Of a stretch of 20,000 nucleotides of DNA, positions 1 through 11,612 are shown one piece after another. The DNA is from Paramecium tetraurelia (lineage: Eukaryota), in assembly GCA_000165425.1 (NCBI GenBank), contig CT868108.1:553081-573080 (forward strand). The letters run 5' to 3'. The position numbers and the translations under genes are program-made. The notes beneath the pieces were generated by a model. The model was not told where the DNA came from and did no database searches. It saw nothing but the letters and a program-made list of their open reading frames with translations. Position 1 is the stretch's first letter. Every line of letters begins with the position of its first letter.

Positions 1-486
1 TATGTTTTTATTTCTTATAAAGTTGATAAATATTATCATAAAATTTATAATAATATGCTCATGATTCAAATTTGTTTGACATAAACAGATTCAAGAAATT
101 TTATTGAAGAAATTAAATTAGTATTTGTTCAACACCATTGAAGTATACAATATTCATGATGTTATTTATCTCATTTGAAATAACTTTAATTTCTGGAAAT
201 GGAAATCAAATTTACATTTTTCATCCAAACAGAATAAAGAATCGATAAAAATTTTTTAATTATCCAATATTTGAAAATCAAGCTTAGAAACTTTGAAGTT
301 CTTGAATTGTGAATTTGGGGGATGATTAAATTTGGTGTATATAATGGGAATTTTCATTAAAGACTGTGAATGATAACAATAATGAGGAATTGTCAATTTG
401 AACCGATGATAATGGCTGCAAATTATTTTTCACGTAATATATGACGTTAAATGTATTTTAGTATTAGCAATTAAATTAAAATAAGA

Positions 487-1275
487 ATGAACGTAGTGCA
501 CTGGACAAATAATAACAATGAATCGTAATCAAAGTCAATTAGGTAATCCTCTGAGACATTGCCTCCTCTAAAAAAAAGGATTTCAAAAAGACTGTAAAAA
601 CACATATAAGATACTTCTTTCAAAGAATTGTACAAATAATAGAAGCTTGCTGAAATTGTTCAAAAGGCTATGGAGAGAAACGAATGCCAATATGAGGAAT
701 ATGATGAAATAAAAATTTGTGGTGAGATAATAAAACTCAATGACAAAGTGATTATCAAAAATGAGGATAGCAATGTGGAGGATTATATTGGATCAATATA
801 GAAAATTTGCAGCATCGTAGAACCTAGGACACTTAAGTTAATATGTCTCTGTGAAGTGTAATGGTTTATGAGAAAGAATGAAATAATTTGTCACAAACCA
901 AGAGCTCGAAGTTGGATTGGAAATTAAGAAATCTTCTCCACCAATACCAATGATTATGTATTAGCTCAGACAATCGTTCAGAGATGTACAGTTGTTGATT
1001 GTGAGGAGTATTTCAATATGGAGAATTGTGATTCCACTACCTACTATAATCGATTGGAATGGGATGTGGAATGCAAGAAGTTTACGAATATGAACACAAT
1101 TAAGATGTATTGCTTATGCCAACAGCCTTGGAATCCTGAACTCAACTATATTTAAGTATTATTTTATTCATATAATTAGTGTGATAAATGCTAAAAATGG
1201 TACCACTTCGAATGTGTCGGTGTAAAAGAGGGATCCTATGAAAACAAAGAATATGCATGTGGGTATTGCAATTGA
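487..1275 (+). CDS. BAH-PHD domain chromatin reader, plant EBS/SHL-like; one intron at 1156-1179
   Basis: Table-6 frame runs from ATG 487 to TGA 1273-1275. BAH motifs: KLNDKVIIK..DYIGSIQKI..EVQWFMRKNEI..EIFSTNTNDYVLAQTIVQRCTV..YYNRLEWD. Complete C4HC3 PHD: YCLCQQPWNPELNYIQ|CDKCQKWYHFECVG..YACGYCN. Removing the 24-nt GTA..TAG intron restores PHD spacing. Basic N-terminal PPLKKRISKR is NLS-like. Confidence 0.92.
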
Positions 1276-1397
1276 AAATGTGATTTTGATATAATGTCTT
1301 TTACTTACTATTCATTTAGAGATTATTAATTAAGTTTTATTTATCGAATAATAGTCTTTTCAAAAAATTGATGAAAATTAACTAACCCAAATTTAAA

Positions 1398-3508
1398 ATG
1401 AGAAAGCCTATCGGACTCACATTGGATTTCTTGGACATACAATAATCACAAAAGGAGTAGACACCAAAAGTATTTAATTCAAAATTAATCAGGTGTAATA
1501 GATCGACACATTTGAAGAATTTTGCAGCTAAATTCCAGAAAATCAATAATAATAAGAATTAAACTTCTCAAAACAATCTTAATCCTTCCATTCTTAATAA
1601 ATTAAAACCAACAATTAGGAAGAGTCAATCTGTTCTGAATTTAAGCAATCAATAATAAGTATTAATTTAATATAAATATCATATATCTAGATTAGGAAAA
1701 GGAGAATTCATAAATCCAATATATTGTTTTTGAAGAGTTTCATCCCCAAAGCACTATCATCTCTGGTCAATCTGAATCCATAAGAAATTCGGAAAAACAA
1801 TTACAAGAGAAAAATACCGATCTTATAAAGGAACCTCCTGCACCATCAAACAAAAACAATACCAAATTCAGTTTCCCATAAAAAGGAACTGGATTCACAG
1901 GATGTATATATGCTCTAAAATCTAGTAAAAAAATAACTTCAAATTGCCATTCCTGAAGCAGATCACACAAACACTAGTTCTTATGAGTAGACTATGATCA
2001 AACAATAACTAAAATAAAATTAAATGAATAATGCTGCAGATATGGAATTAAAATAATAAATATTTACATTGCAGAGAGATAAAGAATAAATTAAAAATTA
2101 ATACAAGTTAGAGATAATTGATTTAAATGCCAAAATACAGGAACTTTAATAAAAATTAGATATTGAATAGGCCAATTCATTGCAATTAAAATAAGAAAAT
2201 GAAAAATTGTAACTAAAAATCTAATCGTTTGAACACCAATACTCAATTAATATAGATAAGAATCAAAGTGAATAATTTAGCATAAGTTATTAGAATAAAC
2301 TAACAGATAACGAAAAGATCTAATATCTAGTTGAAAAACTAAATCAAAAATCTGCAATCAACGCCAAATTGCAGTATGAAATCTTCAAATTGCAAAATAA
2401 TGTAAAATATCATAATAAATAGATTGAACTATTATAAACCAAATAAATTGTGCAATCTTATAATATCAATTAAATATCGGACTATGAATAAATATCAGAC
2501 AGCCACTCACCTCCTTAATTTGCATCAAATCCTCCTCTGAATAATTATAAAAATAGAGAAAGCAACAAAGCTAGTGTATTGATGCAATAAAAACAAGCCT
2601 TGCTCAACTTAAGTGCTAACCAAGCCTAATTGGATTAAAAAAAGGAGATTAATTTGTAATTAAACATTTTTGAATTATATAGATCTAACATGATATCCCC
2701 ATAGGCTAAAACTTGCAAAGCTTCTACTACTATTCATAAAAATCTAACTACTCATCAAACAAAAAATACGTAATTCAAAGAAGACACCCTCCAACACCTT
2801 AGAAAAATGCAGTAACAATTAACAGTTTATATAGAAGTACGAAAAACTCAACTTCGGTTGGAGAATTAAATACTTTTAAGCAAGATTTAACTAATTGTTC
2901 AAATATTTTACAAAAGATAATGAGGAAGGATTCAACTCAATCTCCAGATAAACCTATTCAAGCAACGTAGAAATTCAAGGAGGCTCTCAATTCTAAGTTA
3001 CAAAATGTTCCAGATAAACATAAGTCCTATGCCAGTTTACTATTTTCTTTGGGAGATTTTAACAAACCTAGAATTCAGGATGCTTATATTCGTTAGAATT
3101 CACCACACATCAATGAAGACATTCAATTCAAATCAAGACAGTAGATTTGTAATATAAAATAGAATATTTGCTTATCAACCTCATTAAAATTCTAGAAAGT
3201 AGTCTGAAACCATAAAATCAGAGGAATCACACAAGATGAGCACTGAACAACCAAAGTATTATGACAAATATGAATACTCAAACTATCAAAGAAAAGGTAA
3301 ATATTAATTCACATTAGATATTCTACAACTGATGAGAGATATTAAAAGTCAAAAACTTGGAAGTAAGATAATCATCACTTATTATTAGTATCTGCCAAAA
3401 TCAATTACAAAAAGAATCATCCAAAGTATGAAAAGCAGTATAATCTATGTTAGTATAAGGGGACTTATTTCTGAAGGTTTAAGTGCTAGATCAAATAATT
3501 GTGATTGA
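1398..3508 (+). CDS. Hypothetical Q/N/K-rich coiled-coil protein, about 9 tiny introns
   Basis: Starts MRKPIGLTLDFLDIQ. The frame stays open after removing GT..AG introns (e.g. 1470-1492, 1659-1690, 1904-1925). Heptad-like segment ELKQQIFTLQRDKEQIKNQYKLEIIDLNAKIQELQQKL. Stop is TGA 3506-3508 if 3438-3459 is spliced, otherwise TGA 3472-3474. No family recognised. Confidence 0.8.
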
Positions 3509-3648
3509 TAAATTTATATATATATATAATCGAATAAAAGGCAATTCTTAGGTTGATAATTAGAATACGTCAAACTTTGTGAACGTTTCAATTTTAGAAT
3601 AGTCTATTTCATTTTTTGTAATAATTTCATCAAATATATTTTATTATT

Positions 3649-4700
3649 ATGATTCGTCCCTATTTATATTACGCATTCAAAATTAAGGATGGATTATTTA
3701 TTGGCAATAAACGAGCTGCAAATGTATTCAACTTTATACATATATAGGACATCTAATTTCAATTTTATAATAAAATTACAGTGATAATTAATTGCGCTGC
3801 ATTAGAAATAAACATTAGTAATCCGAAAGTTAAGATTTTGAATTTTGAATGGTTAGATACTGAGGAATAGGTTATATTTAATTTTAAGTAATATTTAGTA
3901 AATAGTAGTTAATAATAATGTCGATATGGTTTATAATACAATTGAGGAAACTAATGATAATGGAGAATCAGTCTTAATTTGCTGCTTAACTGGGTAGAGT
4001 AGATCTGTGGCTATTGTAGCTGCTTATTTTATGAAAAAGTAAGAGATCAAATCAAATTCTTAGATTTAACTGGAATTTAAAAACATCATTATAATATTTA
4101 TAAATCTGTAGAAAGGATTTCGAAATTCGTGAAGGGTTTCTTTTCTAATTAAGTCGTTATGAAAGAGAGTTATTAATCAAATTAAAAACAGATTTAACAG
4201 AATAAAATGAATAAGTTTAAGAATAGGAAATTCTCTTAAAGAACACCTATTACAATGCTAAATTATCTGAGATTTGGTCGAACTATAATATGTCAGAAAA
4301 GACAAGTGGTTTTTCAAAAGGTAAACACAAGAAACATTTAAAAAGAGTTTCTTGGGCTTAAAAGCTGATAACATTTATTAATACTACTTTAGATTGTGTA
4401 AAATTAAATCTGTTTCTCAATTAAAAAAATGAATCTGTCATACAAAAATAATCTTTATTCAAAATATGCAAAGGAAACACAGAAAAAAAATCAAGTCGAT
4501 ATATGATGACCTTAAGAAATAAAACACCTGATCCTATTACAAATATGTCGATTTCAACTGAAAGCAAATATAGATGTACTTCTGTGGTCAAGTAAATTGA
4601 ATCTGATGCAAAGCAATTTTAATCAAATCGAAAAAGCCTTACAAAAGGAGAGAAGTAAATACGGGTTTTGAAAGGTATGATGCAATTTAGAATGAAATGA
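3649..4700 (+). CDS. Dual-specificity protein phosphatase (DSP/PTP fold) with basic C-terminal tail; introns 3724-3747, 3871-3898, 4039-4063
   Basis: Translation shows KIKDGLFIGN, ITVIINCA, the acid loop FEWLDTEEQ, the P-loop GESVLICCLTGQSRSVAIVAAYFMKK (CX5R) and EIREGFLFQL. TGA at 4698-4700. Confidence 0.88.
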
Positions 4701-4714
4701 CAAATAAAATTATT

Positions 4715-5511
4715 ATGATATATTTTTTGTTATTAATTGTAGTGACATATTAATAAAAATGTCAATGGGTGGATGAAGATAATCACAAATATGACTATAC
4801 TAATTTAGATCATCCTTCAGCATGGCATGTTGTTGACACTCAAAATGGTATTCATATAAAATCACAAGTAGGAATGGGAATGTTTAATATGGTTTACATT
4901 TTCAATTTCTGTAATATAAATCTAAGTTGTCATGGAGTACCAGTTGCAGTATATGAAGGTTTAGAAGTTATGGGAACTATCACAGACAATTGTGATATTG
5001 TAGGGTTGAAGTCAACCACTTCAATTTCTCATATATAAGATAAGCCTAAAGATTATGGAATTTCCATCTCTTTCAATGATAATTCTTAATGCGTAGAAAC
5101 TGCTAATCAAAATAGAGCGGTATAAACAGATAAGCCAAGGACAGCAATTTTTAATATTGTTTGTAGTGAAAAGGCAGAAAAATAATTTAGAATTGTTTAA
5201 GGGTATGGGTGCACAGTAACTTTAGAAATTTATCATCCAGCAGGATGTCCACTAAATGGAAGTATATTTTTTTGATTAACCAAGATATTTTTAGTTACAT
5301 TTCATTTGCACTTAAGTGCTTTATTATCGCTACAATACTATTTAACATTGTAGGTTTTATATATAATAAGAAAATAAGGAAAATTACAGGTAAATAAGCA
5401 ATTCCAAATATCAAATAACTTGAGGAAATAAAAAAATTAGTGATTTATGCTCTATAAAATTGTGAAAGATTAGTTAGAAGGGGTGGTAAGAATGGATACT
5501 AAATTGTGTGA
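4715..5511 (+). CDS. Type I membrane protein with mannose-6-phosphate-receptor-homology domain (CD-MPR/ATG27-like); intron 5262-5284, probable intron 4848-4871
   Basis: Signal peptide MIYFLLLIVVTYQ. MRH-type motifs KYDYTNL, VYIFNFC, RTAIFNIVC and CTVTLEIYHPAGC. Transmembrane segment followed by GFIYNKK..GKQAIPN. C-terminal GYQIV is a YxxPhi sorting motif. TGA at 5509-5511. Confidence 0.8.
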
Positions 5512-6286
5512 ATGTGAATATAATTTATTCAAATAATAATTATCAATCCTCATATACTTATAGTTAAAGATGTATTTCTTTAGCATATTCAATACTGAAA
5601 AAAAAGCCAAAGTTATTATAATGTTTATTCGTCAAGAGATTTTATTTTGTTTAATATAATATATAAAATAGAAGAAAACTTGATCGTTATGCAATAAATT
5701 CAATTATAACAAATTATTACTTTTGAGAGTAAAGTGCTTTGTAAGTTTGAATATAAAAAAGTCTGAAATAAATGATCTTTGTTGTTGTACAAAACTTTCT
5801 AAACCAAAGGTTTTTCAATTATTATTCTATATGGAAAGGCTAAAAAAAAAGTTTTCAAGACATAATTATTATTCCCCAATATAAAAATATTTTATAATAA
5901 ATTAATTTGAAAAATAATATTAATTTATCTTATAATTTATCGATAATTGATATCAAAAAATAAAGATTGATTGAGTTAACTCGATTGAATTTTGAAATAA
6001 AACGCTTCAAATATTTAGAACCCAACATTATCGTCACCTAAAATTCAAACACTAATGTAAAGAAATAATCAAAATTAAAGCCTAATATTATAAATAGGTT
6101 CCAAAATTTTGTCTTTTTGAAAATATAAACTGATTTTGAGAACAATAGATTTAACATCAATCTAAGATTTAAAAAAATGCAATTTATAGTAAATAATAAA
6201 TTCAATTACTTTAATGATAAATCGTTTCTATTAAAAATGAAAAAGTTAAATTACATCTTTACTATTTTTTGAATAATGTTTTTATA

Positions 6287-7563
6287 TCAGATAGTTTATT
6301 ATTAAACTTGCAAAATGATTGTTTCTTCAATTACGGAGGTTTGTAGTAACCATGTTATTTTGCAGCTCGTGGCATATAAATACAATACTAATTATTGACT
6401 GGTTAGCATAGTTTAAGTAAGTCTAGCTGTGTAAATAAGAGTATTAATGGCACCATAACAGTTATGAGTGAAATTCATATATCTTTTACTTTAACAAGTG
6501 TTGCACTTATTGAATTAACTAACATACTTTTTATTTTTAAAACATTTCGCATACACTTAAATGTTTATTACTACCTGAGAAGCGGTCAATTTAAGATCGT
6601 ACTAGCCCAATGTATCATAAACCAAATTTAGCTCAGGTACTGAAATTTATATTGTTGGTCTGGTACTGGCTTATAAATCCTTTATTTAGGTTATTCTAAT
6701 AGTAGTGCATTCTGCAGGCAGAGGGTCATTAATTATCCAAAGTACCAAATGAGTATTATTCAAGTAATAAGTATTACCCTAAGAATCAGATGTATATGAA
6801 ATATCTGTTGATGTTTGAGTTTGTGTATGTTTAATAGTTACGTTTTCTGTATCTGGGATATGCCAAAAGCCTTGGAAGGGCATAATGAAAAAGGACTTTG
6901 GTTAGAGTGCATAAGAAGGACTAGTAAAAGAAGACATAGCATTGATTGAATCTACTATTTTTACAAATGAAATTGGATGCAAAATAATTTGAAATCCTAA
7001 AGTTCTTAAGTTATTTATATTATCGATTCCAACTGTAACATGAGTCGAATTTAGTTCAATAACCTATAATATTTATAGTTTATACTTAGATCTAAAATTT
7101 AACTTCACCCGTGTAACCAAAAGTAAATAGACTTACGAAAGCAGCTGTTGCATTTGGCGCTGAGTGAGGATATGTTAGAGAATGAGCTGGAGTTGTAGTA
7201 AATGAGTTAACTACATATATATCTTCACTATCCATTGCCACCCATCTGAAACCGAAGGTATATAAGGTCGGACCACTGCAAGTTGTTCCTACAGTGAATT
7301 CTAATAATTAAAATAGAGTAATTACAATTCTTTTACAAGCCCACCAATTTAAAATCAACTCCAAGATTATTTGGAGTAGATTCATAATGTTCCATTGTAA
7401 AAATCAACTTTGGAATATTATCAAAAGCCTTAGCAAAACTATAATTCCGCGCCCTGTACCATCCCCAACATATTAAGTTATCATTCTAACCCGTCAAGAC
7501 ATAGTTAGAATCACCATAAAATGTTGCTTTTGTGACTGTGAATAAAAGAAAGGATAAAATCAT
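6287..7563 (-). CDS. Secreted H-type-lectin-like protein (Paramecium-expanded family); introns 7301-7325 and 7064-7085
   Basis: Signal peptide MILSFLLFTVTKA. The H-lectin-like pattern reads YSFAKAFDNIPKLIF..QFTVGTTC..TFGFRWVAMD. The rest is beta-rich with a Cys-containing C-terminal part (KC..FNKCNTC..HNC). The frame is open to TGA 6287-6289. Family call is from pattern recognition only. Confidence 0.72.
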
Positions 7564-8029
7564 GATTTTTATATATAAATTTAATGTATTAAATTCCTTG
7601 CTTTATTCATTTGATATTCGTCCGACAAAACAATAATTGATTGTTAACCCTAATACTCAGAAGTATTAATCCAAGTTATTTAAAAATTAAAGAAAAAATA
7701 AAACTGCCCTAACCCAAATTATAACGTAAACGAAGATAAATTCTTTTTATTTTCAGTCAATAAACAAATAAAAATGAACAACTTATTTTTTGCTCGTAAT
7801 AACTGAATTGTAATTTAGAGGGAATTATAACAAATAATAAAGTTTTTTTTTAACTAATTTAGAATTAAATATATATTCTAATTCAAATATCACTTAGTAA
7901 TTCATAATTTTAGCAATCTATTTCTATTCATTTTTATTCAAGTTGGCAATTCCCCTCTAAAAAATTAATTTTATTATAAGTATAAAGATTATTTTAAAAC
8001 CTCAATTATTACCCAACTTTTCAATTAAT

Positions 8030-8870
8030 TAATCTATGTCCCTACAACCAAGAACACCAAATTTAGTTCTTGAAGCCTTACTATTATTGCCATTCATGTT
8101 TTCTTACAATTAATATCAATCCTGCTTTAGCCCGTGCAACATGCTCCAATAATAAGGATAATTATCACTTTTATTCAAATTCTAAGCTGCTTCGACATTT
8201 ATTCACAAATATCAAACCATTAAATAATAATTTTAGATTTTTACTTAGAATATAAAAGTGAGGAAATGATGATAATTTCTCAACACATTTGCCTTCTATT
8301 GTATTTCAATATCCTCATCTCTTGCTTTTAATCTATAATCCATAATTCATAGTATATATTCAATGAATTCCTGTGCCTTTCTTTCAAAATTTTATAACTA
8401 CCAATTAACCTGTCATAAATAATCATTTAAATTCTTTTAATAACATCCCACAACTTTTCAAAGCATGTGTATTATATTTAAAACTAAAATATAATATATG
8501 TATAAATTTATGGAATTGTTCAAAAAACATATTGGAGTGAAATTGTTTTTAATTTATAAGTTTTGAATTTTTATGAAATTGTTCTTATTTTTTAAATCGG
8601 ATTGACATTCTCATCAACGTGTTCATTTCTCAGAAACTTTATCTTTCCTCCAAACCCAAATTCTTTGAATTAATTTAACTTCTTTATCTTTGTATTCAAT
8701 GAAAAGGATGAAATCTTTGTGTCGATTTAAGTTAGCAATTCACTTTCTAAATTTTTTATTTAATCATTGCTTTACCATTTTCCATCTAAATTAAGAAGTG
8801 ATTTTCTCCTAATTTTCACTATGTTTGTGCTATTTAATCCAAAAATGTCTTGTATTGATGAATAAACCAT
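8030..8870 (-). pseudogene. Possible degraded gene remnant
   Basis: A short open stretch from ATG 8870 (MVYSSIQDIFGLN..) to about 8520, plus further fragments down to about 8030 with TGA stops and frame changes. No domain recognised. Confidence 0.25.
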
Positions 8871-11612
8871 CTGAAAATAATTACTGGATCAATAAGTTAA
8901 AATTTTGCTAAACCACATTAACAAGTAAACTTTATATTTAATAATAGTTAGAAAAGATAGTTAGTGATCCATTTCATAATTGAATTATTAAGCTGGATTA
9001 GCGATAAATTTATTAATTTATTGATTGTTCCATACTTTTTATTCTATTTATTATAAGTTAGCAATTTAAAGATGTAATAACAAATTATCAGGATCCTTGC
9101 AATCTTAAGTTAAGTTACTAAAGTATTTATCAATAAGTTAATAAGCGAATGGATGAAAATAAAGAAAACTAACTTAACAAATTATGAATATCACATATTA
9201 TATGTTTACTAATTCTAATCATAAAGATAATTTAATTTGCAAAAATTGTCAGGAGTCGCAACTAACAAAATCAACTTAGCTGTTAAGATTTTAAAAATCA
9301 GATCTGAAAAAACTCAAGTTCAACAAAAAAGTTTAAGAAAATAGGTACCCTCTAGCTTTAAGGAAACGAAAATATCTATCGTTTATAATATGAAGACAAT
9401 GAGACAATTATTATTGAGTTACACCCAGTATGTTACTCAGAAAGTAATGATAATATTTGTTGATAAATTGAATTATTCTAAAATCAAAGTCTATCTATCC
9501 GTAAATAGAGGAGTAACTTAAACTAATAGAATATCATTTTGGACTAAAAAAATTTGAATAAAAAAAAGATTTGCTTCTAGAAATTAAGAATAATGGCACT
9601 ACTGCTTAAAGCACTTTTAGAGCTTTTATTTTAGGATCTAATGAACAAGGTAGAGACCCAAACTAGAAAATATTTTTATAATATCAATGGTTCATTAGTT
9701 TCGAAATTCCTTAAATGTTTAGGAAATCAATTTATATTTCATAATATAGCACAAATTTTTAAAATGGTAATCCTCGTAGTGGTGGGTCATTAAGGGTTTT
9801 TGAAATATTAGAGATTGTTAATGTTTAGAATCTCTTAATTTTATAAGAAAAGTCAACCATTCAAATTTTTGATAATATCTTTCAAAATAAATTCATTTTC
9901 TAATTTTTTGAAAAATATTTCCCTAATGATGCTATATTTTCTGTTAAGTTAATTCATTTTTGGAACTCCTGAAAAATTTCTTCCCATTTTATATCCGATA
10001 ATTATGATAATTACGATTATTTTTTTTGGCTTTTTGAATCTAATAGGGTTGTTTTGTGTCAATTTGTCTAATTTTATTCAATAAAGCTAGTTTATATGAT
10101 ATTAATTAAATTACTAAAAATAGATATTTTAGCTTTTGATATTTATTGATAAATTGAATTTTTATTTATATTCCATTTAAGGCAAGAAGAGAAATCTATC
10201 ATTCTATTACAACTGAACCTTATTTTAATATTGCTATTTAATCTCTGAAGATTGGACTAAAAATATTATACACTTCCCATTCTTATAAACAGTTATTGTA
10301 AAACTCAGGAGTAGTAAGATGAAACATTTTAATTTTATTAAAATCAATTAAGAGGTATTCGTTTATTTAAACATTTTATATAAATATCAGTCTGGAAAAA
10401 TATTATCAACACAAATGCAAAACCTAATTTTCTTACTATCAAATATTATAATATATAAAATAATCTATTAACTTTTTTTGAAAAATTAATCTGCTAATGA
10501 AGATTAATATTATTAGCCATAGTTTACAATAAATATCAATAGAAGGATGATTTTTAGAATCAGAAATATGTGTACAAACATTTTTTGATTGAAAAATAAT
10601 GTTACTTTAACCTGTTTTCGTAAAATGTGCATATGTATAATATCTTTTAATTTTAATGTAAAAGTACATAATAATTTATCTTTTTAATAGCCTTTCAAAA
10701 GCAAACATTTACAGATTAATTATTTTTAAATCTTCTTCTTGGTTGAGCTTAGATAAAATTCTAAAAAATACCTCAGACATTTTGTTTTCCCTTGCCTGAT
10801 CACCCGAGGATACATTATGTATAAATTTAAATTAATTATAGATTTGTAACTTAAATTCTTCAGTTCAAGTGTTCAACCTTTAATTGAAAATCTAATCAAA
10901 TTATGCTTCGAAATCAAATAGGCAACCTAATTGTTGTAACCTTATCATTAATTTTACAATCAAAATCAAATTTATTAGATCCAAAATTCCAATAACTTTA
11001 GTAAAACAAAGTTTTCGCATGTCAAAAATAATTCGAAACTACTTCACTAAGAAATCATTATTTGAATAAATAGTACTACTAGCTCTCAATAATATCAATC
11101 AAATTCCCCTTACAAAAGAAAACAGCTTTAGAGTCTCTCTTAAGTTATAATTGAATATGTAGCCATTATAGTTCCAAAAACAGGAAGTTTGTCAAGAGAT
11201 ACTAGTAATAATTGAAAAAAAGTTAGCCGAAACTGCTTTATAAAATAGTAATATATTGCATTTAGTTTGATTGAAAAAATTAGAAAATGATGATTTTTAA
11301 ATATTAAATCTGAAGATATGGCTTGAATAGAAAATTTTTAAGACAAAGTCTTAATTGCAGAGAATCTAACTATATGGCAGATTATGACTCTATTCTTTGA
11401 TTAATAAGTAATTCAAATCATATTAAAATCATTTAAATATATTTGAAACAAAATTAAATTAAAATTATTTCTGTATAAATAATGAACTTCTTAGTAGCGT
11501 TTCACATGAATTAAATAAAGCCAAATACTCATCTGAATTGATAAGATCCTTTATAAGATACCAAATTAAATAATAATTATTATCCCTTAATTTATTGAAA
11601 TTGTAATAGAAT

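Noticed and set aside
1..486. Possible gene fragment at the left edge
   Set aside because: No sustained frame or recognisable motif on either strand.
11286..11313. Box C (TGATGA) and box D (CTGA) snoRNA-like motifs
   Set aside because: The boxes are too close together, there is no terminal stem or guide, and such motifs are expected by chance in AT-rich DNA.
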